Shown here: piece by piece, positions 19,387 through 29,209 of the stretch
Layout of the letters: each line of letters opens with the position of its first letter
How positions within the stretch are numbered: the stretch's first letter is position 1
DNA from: Obrimoposthia wandeli
Taxonomy: Eukaryota
DNA: 64,000 nucleotides
Direction of reading: 5' to 3'
Assembly: GCA_977020255.1 (NCBI GenBank)
Contig: CDROCS010003093.1
Span: 62,001 to 126,000 of the forward strand
Made by a program: the position numbers and the translations under genes
The notes under the pieces: generated by a model
Told to the model about the DNA's origin: nothing
The model's database searches: none
Seen by the model: only the letters and a program-made list of their open reading frames with translations

Positions 19387-20575
19387 CTTGCAACAAAACA
19401 AGCGAACGCTTAATGCTATACCAAAGCAATGTATAGCATTTTATGCCCCCCTTAAATCCCCGCTACACCCAACGCCTTCAGGCGATAGAAAAATTGCCCA
19501 ACTAATTAGTAAAGCGTTAGTTAATGCCGGTTTTGAAGTAGTGCTTGCCAGCCAGTTACGCAGTTTTGATAAAAAAGGCGACCCACATCGCCAACAGCGT
19601 CTAATAAGGATAGCCAAAAAAGAAGCCGCTAGAATTCTAAAGCGTTGGGCACAGCATAACGTTAAACCTACCGCCTGGTTTAGTTATCATTTGTATTACA
19701 AAGCACCGGATTTAATCGGCCCTATTATATGTAAACAGCTAGATATCCCTTATATTCTTGCAGAAGCCTCTTGGGCTGAAAAACGAGCATCCGGTGCTTG
19801 GTCTGCGTACCATCACCTTGTAGATAATGCACTGCAACTAGCAAGCAAGGTTATTTGTATCAACCCTATTGATCGTATTGCACTGGCTCACTATTATCGT
19901 AACGCACAAACATCTCCAATTGTCTCAATCAACGCCTTTATCGATAATGACACTTTAAACAAAGCACCCGCTCAATCCATCATGCAATCACGCGATACAG
20001 TGGCCAAACTCTATAATCTTGACCCTAAACAGCCCTGGCTGATATGCATAGCAATGATGCGTAAAGGTGATAAACATCAATCCTTTGAGCAACTAAGCCA
20101 TGTTATCCACAAGCTAACTCAACCTTGCCAGCTGTTAATTATTGGTGACGGACAAATGAGGCCACAAGTAGCAGCCTTTTTTAATGAACAAAACAATGTC
20201 AAATTTGCGGGTGCTCTTAATAACCAACAGATAACAAATTTACTTATGCACTTTGAAATACTCGTGTGGCCAGCAGTAAACGAAGCATTAGGAATGGCCT
20301 TTTTAGAAGCCCAACAAGCAGGCCTTGCTATTGTGACTGCCAACCATGGTGGAGTTAGCTCTCTCGTTAGCCACCAGCACAGTGGGTTTGTTTGCACAGC
20401 GAATGATACAAGCGACATGTCTAACCAAATTGATACACTTTTAAACGATGCAAACCTGCTAAATGATATGCAAGTGTTTGCAAAGAAATATGTACAGCAA
20501 AATCACAGTCTTGCTAAAACCTCCCAACAATTACAGCAGCTTATTTTAGACACTACCAATACATCAACCCTCTAA
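19379..20575 (+). CDS. GT4 glycosyltransferase
   Basis: FYAPLKSPLHPTPSGDR, AMMRKGDK and WPAVNEALGMAFLEAQ motifs. Confidence 0.88.
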   Translation: MPNLQQNKRTLNAIPKQCIAFYAPLKSPLHPTPSGDRKIAQLISKALVNAGFEVVLASQLRSFDKKGDPHRQQRLIRIAKKEAARILKRWAQHNVKPTAWFSYHLYYKAPDLIGPIICKQLDIPYILAEASWAEKRASGAWSAYHHLVDNALQLASKVICINPIDRIALAHYYRNAQTSPIVSINAFIDNDTLNKAPAQSIMQSRDTVAKLYNLDPKQPWLICIAMMRKGDKHQSFEQLSHVIHKLTQPCQLLIIGDGQMRPQVAAFFNEQNNVKFAGALNNQQITNLLMHFEILVWPAVNEALGMAFLEAQQAGLAIVTANHGGVSSLVSHQHSGFVCTANDTSDMSNQIDTLLNDANLLNDMQVFAKKYVQQNHSLAKTSQQLQQLILDTTNTSTL

Positions 20576-20598
20576 ACGTTTGTAAAAAGAGATTTTTT

Positions 20599-21183
20599 AT
20601 GATTAATTTATACTTTATTCGTCACGGAAAAACCCAGTGGAATCATGAAAAGAAGCTCCAAGGACGTACAAATATCCCGCTAAATGCAGAAGGTCAGGCG
20701 CAAATCAGTGCTTATCAGCTTCCCGAAATTTTTCATCAATTTCAATGGTTTTGCAGCCCCCTAATCAGAGCAAGAGAAACTGCTGACCTGTTAAAGGTCA
20801 ATGCAGCAACACAAGACCAGTTAATAGAAATGAACTGGGGCACTTGGGAGGGCAAACAACTTAAAACACTACAGGCAGCTGATCCTATTGGTTTTGCACA
20901 ACAAGAAGCCAAGGGCATCGATTTAATGCCACCAGAGGGCGAATCGCCTCGCTTAGTAGGCGAGCGCCTCACCAACTGGGTTGAGCAATTAGCGTCGCTT
21001 GATACTGAGTTACATATAGGCTGTGTTAGTCACAAAGGGGTGATCAGAGCAGTTTACGCACTTGCTGCACAATGGGATATGACCAATAAAGCAGCGCATA
21101 AAATCGATTATCATTGCGCTCAGCACTTTTGTTATGAAGACGGTCAGTGGTCTATCGGTGAGCTAAATATTCTCCTTAATTAA
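20599..21183 (+). CDS. Histidine phosphatase (phosphoglycerate mutase-like) family protein
   Basis: RHGKTQWN, SPLIRA..TA, EMNWGTWEG and SHKGVIRA motifs. Confidence 0.9.
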   Translation: MINLYFIRHGKTQWNHEKKLQGRTNIPLNAEGQAQISAYQLPEIFHQFQWFCSPLIRARETADLLKVNAATQDQLIEMNWGTWEGKQLKTLQAADPIGFAQQEAKGIDLMPPEGESPRLVGERLTNWVEQLASLDTELHIGCVSHKGVIRAVYALAAQWDMTNKAAHKIDYHCAQHFCYEDGQWSIGELNILLN

Positions 21184-21252
21184 TAGGGCTAAAATAAAAT
21201 TAGCCTCTGCTGAACAAGAGGTTACAAGAACCATAATAGATGTAAGCACAAG

Positions 21253-21658
21253 CTATATTGAATTTTCTTGTAACTGCATCTCTAAGTTTTTCAAATCGCC
21301 CAGCACCCACACATCACTGATCAGCTCTGTTTCGAAAGAAAGCCGGGGCTGGCAGAATCAAAAGACGTTTACCGTCGCTTGACCCCACCAGGCCATTTTG
21401 ATGGACACCAGTAAATAGCATTTTTGCAAACACTTTATTCTCTTCGGTTACTAGTTCCTGAATATGGCACTTATACTCCCCAAGGGCTAAATGCACCATA
21501 TCAACATACTCAGAAAAGCCAGCATGGCCTTTTTTCTCTTGCCCTAATGAGCCCCTAAAAGTAAATGACTCTTCGAGTATTTGCGGTATCTCTTTTTTGC
21601 TTTGTGCATCCCAAAGCAGAGTATAAAATTTTCCTACCATTTGTTTATGTGTAATCAT
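21253..21658 (-). pseudogene. SnoaL-like ester cyclase family gene with apparent frameshift
   Basis: The track ORF ends RADQ* at 21314. The +1 frame continues LSFETELISDVWVLGDLKNLEMQLQENSI* to TAG at 21255-21253, a family-typical C-terminus. Confidence 0.7.
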
Positions 21659-21727
21659 TTTAACCTCTTATTTACTTTAATTGGCGCATGAGTTAAATTT
21701 TAGATAGGTTTAATTTCGGAGTTTTAC

Positions 21728-22558
21728 ATGCAAGTAATTATCCAAAGCCGCTATTTATACTTCAGTAAAAGTGTACTTACAACTTACATAATATCTATAG
21801 CCATCGCTACTTGTTTACTTTTAACTACCTCGCTACACAGCGCTGCTAACGATATAACGCCACCGCCATTAACAATACTTTCAGGCGAATGGACGCCTTA
21901 CGTTGGGGAATTTATAGAACATAATGGTTTTGTGGCTAAAATAGTCTCCGACTCGTTTAAAGCCATTAATCAGCCCATCGCTTTTAAATGGCTGCCTTGG
22001 TCACGGGGAGAGGGCTTAATAAAAAGAGGTAAATATTTTGCCTCCTTCCCTTACGCTAAAACAGACCTCCGCCGCCAGAATTATTTTTTTAGTGACCCGC
22101 TATTTTTTACGAAAACAGAGTTTTTCTACTACAAAGCGCACAATTTAAAAGTTAAATTCAAACATTTAAACGATATAAAACACTTACGCATTGGAGGTAT
22201 TAGAGGATACGGTTATGTTAAGCGCTTCAAAAAAGCACAGATGAATCTATTTTTAGTCAATAACTCCAAACAACTAATAGATATGCTTGAGCGAGATAGA
22301 ATTGATCTCATTGCTATAAACCGTAGCGCTGGCTGGGATCTTATTCATCGATTACATGCAGATAATGCCCATCAATTTGACACATTAGATACACCTGTCA
22401 ATGATACACATGGTGTACACCTACTCATCTCTAAAGACTACCCTCAAGCTGTTAAGTTGCAAACGCTATTCAACCAAGGATTGGCTATTATTAAAGAAAA
22501 AGGCACATACGATAAAATATTGAAGGAACTACTTCCTAAAGGCTTTATGAACGAATAA
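21728..22558 (+). CDS. Orphan extracellular solute-binding protein (family 3)
   Basis: Signal-like N-terminus, SGEWTPY, WLPWSRG, IGGIRGYGY and LFNQGLAIIKEKGTYDKI motifs. Confidence 0.82.
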   Translation: MQVIIQSRYLYFSKSVLTTYIISIAIATCLLLTTSLHSAANDITPPPLTILSGEWTPYVGEFIEHNGFVAKIVSDSFKAINQPIAFKWLPWSRGEGLIKRGKYFASFPYAKTDLRRQNYFFSDPLFFTKTEFFYYKAHNLKVKFKHLNDIKHLRIGGIRGYGYVKRFKKAQMNLFLVNNSKQLIDMLERDRIDLIAINRSAGWDLIHRLHADNAHQFDTLDTPVNDTHGVHLLISKDYPQAVKLQTLFNQGLAIIKEKGTYDKILKELLPKGFMNE

Positions 22559-22600
22559 CTCTTTAGTGCCTAGAACGCTGTTTGCAGTAGCTAACGATAG

Positions 22601-23071
22601 TTATATAGGCAAACTCAAGCTCACCTTAGTACGCTCCATCACCACTGAGGTTTTATAGCGACGTACATTACTATCATTGTAAAATACTTTTTGGGTAAAA
22701 CGCTCAAAGTCTTCCATATCGGTAGCACTCACTATAATCACAAAATCAGCCTCCCCAGTAACGTAATAGCATTGCTGTACTTGTGGCTCTTTTTTTATTC
22801 GTGCTTTAAATTGTGCTAAATGGTTAATATGATCACGCTCTAACTCAACCGATATAATAAAGCTCATTAGCTGCCCTACAGCTTTAGGGGCTATAACCGC
22901 AACTTCTGCACTAATCACATGGTTCTCCCTTAGTCGCTTCAAGCGTCTTTGCACTATTTCCAACCAAGATGAAGCGAAACACAATAATTTAACCCCAATA
23001 AACTCGATTGATTGGCGCAAATCAGACTGTAAAATTCTGAGTATATGTAGATCTTGGTTATCTAATTGCAT
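22601..23071 (-). CDS. Lrp/AsnC-family regulator with aberrant HTH
   Basis: VQRRLKRL and C-terminal QCYYVTGEADF..V..YKT motifs; the HTH has about 4 extra residues. Divergent from the PLP enzyme. Confidence 0.82.
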   Translation of the reverse strand: MQLDNQDLHILRILQSDLRQSIEFIGVKLLCFASSWLEIVQRRLKRLRENHVISAEVAVIAPKAVGQLMSFIISVELERDHINHLAQFKARIKKEPQVQQCYYVTGEADFVIIVSATDMEDFERFTQKVFYNDSNVRRYKTSVVMERTKVSLSLPI

Positions 23072-23276
23072 AATTCCCTTTCATCACTTGATAAGGCGAT
23101 TAACGTCTAAATAATAGTAGCACCGACAGCCATATGAGATAAATACATCAAAACCTAACCCTTAGTGATGCATATCTATCACGATAATAACAAAACAGAC
23201 CTAATACAACTAGAGTGATTTGTTATAGTTATTAGTAATCACAATCTATTTTCTCTACTCTTTTTTTAGGATATTT

Positions 23277-24464
23277 ATGACAATGAAAAAGCTTGGCGCA
23301 GCAACACTTAGCATTTGGGGCGGTGAAACCGAACACGAATTATATGAACGCTCAACCCAAGTACCTGTGGTTCATAGTGTTTCTTTTGGCTATAAAGACA
23401 TAGATACATGGCACAACGTTGCTCTTGAAAAAGAACCGGGTCACATTTACTCACGTAACACCAACCCTACTGTGCGTGCATTTGAAGATAAAGTTAAAGC
23501 ACTTGAAGACAGTGAAGCGGCAACCAGTTTCTCTTGTGGTATGGCAGCTATCAGCAACACCTTTGGCGCATTACTTCGCCCAGGCGATAGAATCGTATCG
23601 ATTAAAGACAGCTATGGTGGCACTAACAAACTATTTACTGAATTTTTACCGCCGCTAGGAATCCAAGTTACGCTATGTAATACCTCAGATCACGAGGAAA
23701 TTGAAGCAGAAGTAGCCAAAGGCTGTACTATGCTTTATTTGGAAACACCCACTAACCCTACCGTTAAAATACTTGATATTGTACGTTTATCAAAAGCCGC
23801 TAAAGCAGTCGGTGCACTAGTGGTTGTCGATAATACTTTTGCAACACCGATCAATACTCAGCCACTATCGCTTGGGGCCGATATTGTTATACACAGTGCA
23901 TCTAAATTTTTAGGCGGTCACGCTGATGCTTTAGGTGGGGTCGCTTGTGGTAGCGCTGTGCTAATTAAAAAGCTATATCACTATCGTGAAATAAACGGCG
24001 CGACACTCGCACCTATGGACGCCTATAGCTTATTGAGAGGTATGAAGACTTTAAGCTTACGTGTAGAGAGACAAAACCAAAGCGCGCTAACAATTGCCCG
24101 CTGGTTATCTGAACACCCAGCGGTAGAGCAAGTAAATTATCCAGGCCTTGAAACACATTTACATCATGATATTGCCAAAGCGCAAATGCATGGTTTTGGT
24201 GGCATGTTAAGTTTCAGTGTTAAAGGTGGTTTAGATGCGATTAAAGTATTTTTACCGCAAATGAAATATGCACATATGGCTGCAAACCTAGGCTGTGTTG
24301 AAACGGTTGTTGGTCCTCCGGTTGTAACCAGCCATGTTGAGTGTACCGCTGAGGAACGTGCCGCTGCCGGTATACCTGAAGGCCTTGTTCGCTATTCAAC
24401 TGGGATCGAAGATGTTAATGATTTAATTGCAGATTTAGAGCAGGCACTCGCGCACATTAGTTGA
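23277..24464 (+). CDS. Cystathionine gamma-synthase/lyase family PLP enzyme
   Basis: YSRNTNPT, SCGMAAIS, ETPTNP, VDNTFATP and HSASKFLGGH (PLP lysine) motifs. Confidence 0.92.
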   Translation: MTMKKLGAATLSIWGGETEHELYERSTQVPVVHSVSFGYKDIDTWHNVALEKEPGHIYSRNTNPTVRAFEDKVKALEDSEAATSFSCGMAAISNTFGALLRPGDRIVSIKDSYGGTNKLFTEFLPPLGIQVTLCNTSDHEEIEAEVAKGCTMLYLETPTNPTVKILDIVRLSKAAKAVGALVVVDNTFATPINTQPLSLGADIVIHSASKFLGGHADALGGVACGSAVLIKKLYHYREINGATLAPMDAYSLLRGMKTLSLRVERQNQSALTIARWLSEHPAVEQVNYPGLETHLHHDIAKAQMHGFGGMLSFSVKGGLDAIKVFLPQMKYAHMAANLGCVETVVGPPVVTSHVECTAEERAAAGIPEGLVRYSTGIEDVNDLIADLEQALAHIS

Positions 24465-24486
24465 TCATATTTCGGCACACACAGTG

Positions 24487-25107
24487 TTAACCTGTGCGTG
24501 CAACTAACAGTCCAAGGCCAGCGCTGCCCATTAAAGTAGCGCCACCTCGGTTAAATAACTGTCTCATTTTAGGCTTTGCAAACCACTGGCGTAAATACAC
24601 GCCAAGACACCCATAAATGGCGATAGCCGCCCACTCCAATAGTAAAAAAAGCGCACCTAGTATCACAAACTGTATCGCTATATTGTGCGAAGTATCTACA
24701 AACTGCGGCAAAAATGCTGTAAAAATTAAAATAGCTTTTGGGTTACCAATGGCCATTAAAAACTCTTGTTTTGCCAGTATAAACACCCCCAGTCTAGCGC
24801 CCTGTTGTTCTATCTCCTCTATTGGATCAGCAGACCATAATTGATAAGCCAGCCAAAACAAATAACCAGCACCTAGCAACTTAATCACTAAAAACAAGCT
24901 TTGAGATGCATATAAAATACTCGCAAGTCCAAAGCCTGCCAACCCAATCATAATTAGGAAAGCAAACAAACGTCCTCCGCCTGCTAAGCAGGCATTTTTC
25001 AGTCCATAATGCTTGGCGTTATTCATAGCCATTAAATTATTAGGCCCTGGCGCCATGTTTAATGCAAAACACGCCGGCACAAAAAGTATGAGCGAAAACC
25101 AGTTCAT
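24487..25107 (-). CDS. LysE/RhtB family exporter
   Basis: APGPNN, GAGYLFWLA and GNPKAILIF motifs. Confidence 0.9.
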   Translation of the reverse strand: MNWFSLILFVPACFALNMAPGPNNLMAMNNAKHYGLKNACLAGGGRLFAFLIMIGLAGFGLASILYASQSLFLVIKLLGAGYLFWLAYQLWSADPIEEIEQQGARLGVFILAKQEFLMAIGNPKAILIFTAFLPQFVDTSHNIAIQFVILGALFLLLEWAAIAIYGCLGVYLRQWFAKPKMRQLFNRGGATLMGSAGLGLLVARTG

Positions 25108-25321
25108 TGTATTTATCCGTATTTTTATTTTATATCTCTTTGCTGTTAGTCAAAGAGATAATTAGCTATTTAACCCAGCGTAAATATATGCCAATTTCAT
25201 TAAAGAAATCTACTGTTATCTATCTTAGCGGTGTACTCTCTGCGCTTAGCTAAAATGCGTACCCTTAACATTCACCTTCTGTTTAAAATAAGAAAAGCAC
25301 CTATCTCTATCTGAGGCAATA

Positions 25322-26227
25322 ATGACTTATACCGCCGTCTTACTTATTTTATTTTCGACACTATTACATGCTACTTGGAATATGTTTAGTCGAAAATTTC
25401 AGGTCTCTAGTAGCTCGTTTTGTATTGGGGGCCTTTGTGTCAGCTTATTTTTATTGCCTTTCTATATATTCTTTAACCATTTATTACCTAATGTCGATTT
25501 GCAAAGCCTATCAATTATTCTTTTTAGCAGTGTATTTCAAGCCATCTATTTCTATGGCGTGGTTAATGCTTATAGGCATGGTAATTTATCTATCGCTTAT
25601 CCTTTACTCCGCTCTATTCCTATTTTAATGGTCATGGCATACGTTTTTACATTTGGGGATACTAAAGCGCTCTCATTAGAAGTGGTTGGTAGCGGACTAT
25701 TGATTATCCTGGGCTGCATTTTCCTTCCTATGCAGCACTTAAAGGATTTAAAAATCGCTAACTATGCTAATAAAATGATCGTTTTTGTCTTTTTAGCAGC
25801 ATTGGGTACTGCTGGATATTCGATACTCGATAGTATCGGCATGAAGATGCTAAGCGCCCTTTCGCCTAATGCTAATATGTTTGCCGTCTCTTTTTGTTAT
25901 ATCTATTTGCAAGTACTATTTACTAGCATAATTCTTGGTTTTGTTTCACTAGCCAGTGTTAAAAACAGAGCGGAGTTTGTATTCGTTTTAAAGCAACAAA
26001 AACTATTATCTTTCACTATTAATGCTATGACGATGCTTTCGTACGCACCGATCTTAGTAGCGATGACTTTGGTTACTAATGTCACGTACGTGGTCGCTTT
26101 TCGACAAGCGAGCATACCCATTGCTTTTATTTTAGGCTTAGTATTTTTGCGCGAGATGAGCTATCCCATTCGCTGGATAGCAATATTGCTGATTGTGACA
26201 GGGCTTATCGTCAACGCTTTGTATTAA
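25322..26227 (+). CDS. EamA/DMT family transporter
   Basis: About 10 TM segments; LLHATWN, GNLSIAYPL and YVVAFRQASI motifs. Confidence 0.85.
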   Translation: MTYTAVLLILFSTLLHATWNMFSRKFQVSSSSFCIGGLCVSLFLLPFYIFFNHLLPNVDLQSLSIILFSSVFQAIYFYGVVNAYRHGNLSIAYPLLRSIPILMVMAYVFTFGDTKALSLEVVGSGLLIILGCIFLPMQHLKDLKIANYANKMIVFVFLAALGTAGYSILDSIGMKMLSALSPNANMFAVSFCYIYLQVLFTSIILGFVSLASVKNRAEFVFVLKQQKLLSFTINAMTMLSYAPILVAMTLVTNVTYVVAFRQASIPIAFILGLVFLREMSYPIRWIAILLIVTGLIVNALY

Positions 26228-26288
26228 AGCAGGTATCTAATTGAATTTTTAGAGGTCAATTTATAAAATTGAAACTTAAAAAGCTAAT

Positions 26289-26349
26289 TAGTGTTCGTCC
26301 AGAAACGGGGCTGTTGCGAGGCTGTTCCAATGTGTCGAGATGGGCACTA
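26289..26349. mobile_element. MITE family B, 61-bp short form
   Basis: TAGTGTTCGTCCAGAAACGGGGCTGTTGCGAGGC...GAGATGGGCACTA is TA-bounded and matches the reverse complement of the right part of 52319-52481. Confidence 0.8.
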
Positions 26350-26412
26350 ATTACACATAGTAATCACTTTAATCAACTACAATCGCACTATAAGGTTTTG
26401 CTATAACCTTTA

Positions 26413-27162
26413 CTACACGCCTCTCTCGTCATTCCATACTCGTACATGTGCTCGATCAGAGTAAATATAGCCATGCTCTACGCATTTCGATATTACCGCT
26501 TGATCATTTGCAGCTAGCTCGGGCAACGTCGCTCCCATTGGCATCAAATACACATCAATATTAAGAAGCTGCTCAGTGAGTTCTTTAATCTCGATGATAC
26601 TGCGCGACGCACTTTCTTTATCAAGCACGAACTTTAAATACGCATCATCTGATTTTTCAATAATATTATTTATAGCGCTAATATTAATTCTTTTCTGATA
26701 TGCCTCACCTGAATTAGCTAATTTAACACTCATTGAGAACAGTATCTTACGTTGATAGTCTTGGTTAAAAGTAATGCTCAACGTCGCATTTGTCTCAATC
26801 GTAATTAAATGTCCGTGCTCTATAAGCTGCTCTAGTACCCATTGGAATTCAGGTCTCTTCCAAAAAAGTAACGGTTCTCCACCTGTAATTACGATATCGT
26901 GGAGTATCCCTGCCGATAACTCCTTTACTGTGTTTATAACGGCTTGGCCACTCAACCTTTTCCATTGTGCTTTAAAACACGGATCAACTGCATAGTATGT
27001 ATCGCAACCGTGTTTCTTTTCGCCAGATTGATCAAGATACTCAACCTTAAAACCTGCACAGCTTAAGTTGCAGCGGGCAAAGCGAATAAAAATTGAAGGT
27101 CGACCCACCCGTTTACCTTCTCCTTGTACGGTCGGTCCAAAAATCTCACTTACTTCAAGCAT
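26413..27162 (-). CDS. queE: 7-carboxy-7-deazaguanine synthase (radical SAM)
   Basis: EIFGPTVQGEG, SIFIRFARCN, VITGGEPL, IETN and RAHVRVW motifs; adjacent to queD. Confidence 0.88.
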   Translation of the reverse strand: MLEVSEIFGPTVQGEGKRVGRPSIFIRFARCNLSCAGFKVEYLDQSGEKKHGCDTYYAVDPCFKAQWKRLSGQAVINTVKELSAGILHDIVITGGEPLLFWKRPEFQWVLEQLIEHGHLITIETNATLSITFNQDYQRKILFSMSVKLANSGEAYQKRINISAINNIIEKSDDAYLKFVLDKESASRSIIEIKELTEQLLNIDVYLMPMGATLPELAANDQAVISKCVEHGYIYSDRAHVRVWNDERGV

Positions 27163-27691
27163 AAACAGTACTTTTACTTTTTGGAGTTTCTAGAAACTCT
27201 ATATGCGATACCTTGACGTCTAATTTTTGCATTTTGGTTTGCACGATTTTTAGCAGCCAAGCTGAAAGGTTTTCACTGGTTGGTACGAAGTTAACAATCA
27301 CAAAGCCCTCATACATCTCTTTTACACAGCTTTGTAATTCGCCAATTGATGTAAGATCAGGCGTCAAGTAACCTTCATCGGCTGCAATTAAATTCTTTTT
27401 ATCACTAAAGTGCGGCAACAATGTCGTAAATAGTGGATCGTTCAAATCGATAATGAATTTATGATCCAGCGTGTTATCTAAGAATCGTTTGAACCAATTT
27501 AAATGTTTAAAGTCAGTGACCATACCGCCTTTTAACTGTGTCGATTCTAGATGCACTATGACTTTCCCTTGATGCCCGTGCAGATGTCTACATGCAAGGC
27601 AGTCATCTAAGGCAAACTCGATATCCAATGTTTGAGACCAAACACGATGGCCGTAGCAAAAATCAAACTCTTTTGATATATCCCATTTCAT
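27155..27691 (-). CDS. queD: 6-carboxytetrahydropterin synthase
   Basis: KEFDFCYGHR, CRHLHGH, MVTDF, LDHKF, PTSENL and ETPKS motifs; 8-bp overlap with queE. Confidence 0.9.
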   Translation of the reverse strand: MKWDISKEFDFCYGHRVWSQTLDIEFALDDCLACRHLHGHQGKVIVHLESTQLKGGMVTDFKHLNWFKRFLDNTLDHKFIIDLNDPLFTTLLPHFSDKKNLIAADEGYLTPDLTSIGELQSCVKEMYEGFVIVNFVPTSENLSAWLLKIVQTKMQKLDVKVSHIEFLETPKSKSTVYA

Positions 27692-27752
27692 AGGTGAACC
27701 TGCGAATTAAAATTTCTCATTTATTAACCTAATTGGTTTGCTTGGATTTAAC

Positions 27753-27813
27753 TAGTGTTCGTTTGGAAACCGGGCCTTTGCGAGGCAGGCTCAATGGTTC
27801 GAGATGGGCGCTA
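27753..27813. mobile_element. MITE family B, 61-bp short form (direct repeat of 26289-26349)
   Basis: TAGTGTTCGTTTGGAAACCGGGCCTTTGCGAGGC...GAGATGGGCGCTA; about 48/61 identical to 26289-26349 by manual alignment. Confidence 0.78.
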
Positions 27814-28297
27814 ATTATAAGTGCGCATCAAAACTAAAACTCACTACGATAACATCATGCTATTTGCATAAAACCGCCGGCCAAACCCTGTTGTTTATTG
27901 GAGATTCACTTAGTGGAGCGGGCTATTTAATAGAGATGACGACACCGCAATCTCATAGCAAAAGCGCGCAATAATATTATCCTGCTAACACAGTTGCAAG
28001 ATATTAAAAAACCTTTTGCAATCCAACTATGAATATCCGAGTTTTTATACGGATCTGCGCGTTTACTGTTAATTATTCTTCGCGCTAAGCTACTGGAGAC
28101 TTACGCTTGAAAACTTACACTACATCTACTGTTTATCTATTGATGATCACTATTTATATCAACTGTTTATCCACAGTTCGCACTCTTTTTATCCCCGCTA
28201 ATTTAGTTATAAATCAAAGCTTCCTATATTAGGGGTTGGTTAATAATACAGAGTGCGTTACTCTTCTCTGCTCATTTTATAACCGTTTATTACTAAC

Positions 28298-29209
28298 ATG
28301 CCACACAATACACTTGTACACAATTTATCAGAGTTTTTAAGCAACAATGATTCTCTGTTACAACAATTGATAGATACTCTACCTATCCCTATTTTTTATA
28401 AAAATCGGCAGGGAGTGTATTTAGGCTGTAATAAATATTTTGAAGAGTTCATCAAAATACCGCGTACAGCTTTTGTCGGGAAAAGCGTTTTCCAGCTATA
28501 TGATTTCGAACAAGCCACATTATTCAATAATGCTGATATGGCTCTGTTCGACTCGCCCGGTGTGCAAATTTATGAATCTAAAATTACATCAGATGACAAA
28601 AAAGAGCATTTTGTGAAATTTCACAAAACCACATTTCTTAACGCTGATGACAGTATCGGTGGATTGATTGGTGTCGTTTTTGATATTACTGAACAAAAAA
28701 AGCTGGAGTACTCTCTACAAAAATTGGCTAATTACGATCAGTTAACGGGACTGTACAACCGCTGGGAAGGTGAGAACCAGGCACAGATTTTAATGAGCAT
28801 CAAAAAGCGTACTGATGTCAATTTTTGCCTACTCATTCTTGATATTGACAACTTCAAGCAGATAAACGATCAATATGGCCATACTATTGGAGATCACGCG
28901 CTTTGCCATATAGCGGATTTATTAGTGACGTCTTCAAGAGCCTCCGACATCATATTCCGTTATGGAGGAGAAGAGTTTGTTATTTTACTGCCCGCTACAG
29001 AATTGGCAATCGGTATAAAAATAGCTGAAAGATACCGAGCCTGCATTGAAAACTCACCCTTACATATTGGCAATAGAAACGATCACACAGTAACGGCTAG
29101 TTTAGGCGTTGCTGTCTCATGCGGAGAAACATTAGACGATCTTTTTCAAAAAGCAGACCAAGCTCTCTATCGCGCTAAAGATAATGGGCGCAACCAAGTA
29201 ATACATTAA
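28298..29209 (+). CDS. PAS-GGDEF diguanylate cyclase
   Basis: PAS (PIPIFYKN..GVYLGCN), YDQLTGLYNR, LDIDNFKQINDQYGH, I-site RASD and active site GGEEF. Confidence 0.93.
   Translation: MPHNTLVHNLSEFLSNNDSLLQQLIDTLPIPIFYKNRQGVYLGCNKYFEEFIKIPRTAFVGKSVFQLYDFEQATLFNNADMALFDSPGVQIYESKITSDDKKEHFVKFHKTTFLNADDSIGGLIGVVFDITEQKKLEYSLQKLANYDQLTGLYNRWEGENQAQILMSIKKRTDVNFCLLILDIDNFKQINDQYGHTIGDHALCHIADLLVTSSRASDIIFRYGGEEFVILLPATELAIGIKIAERYRACIENSPLHIGNRNDHTVTASLGVAVSCGETLDDLFQKADQALYRAKDNGRNQVIH

Noticed and set aside
26289-27813. Integron attC sites flanking a queDE gene cassette
   Set aside because: The repeats lack RYYYAAC...GTTRRRY ends, are TA-bounded members of a dispersed MITE family, and no integrase is present.
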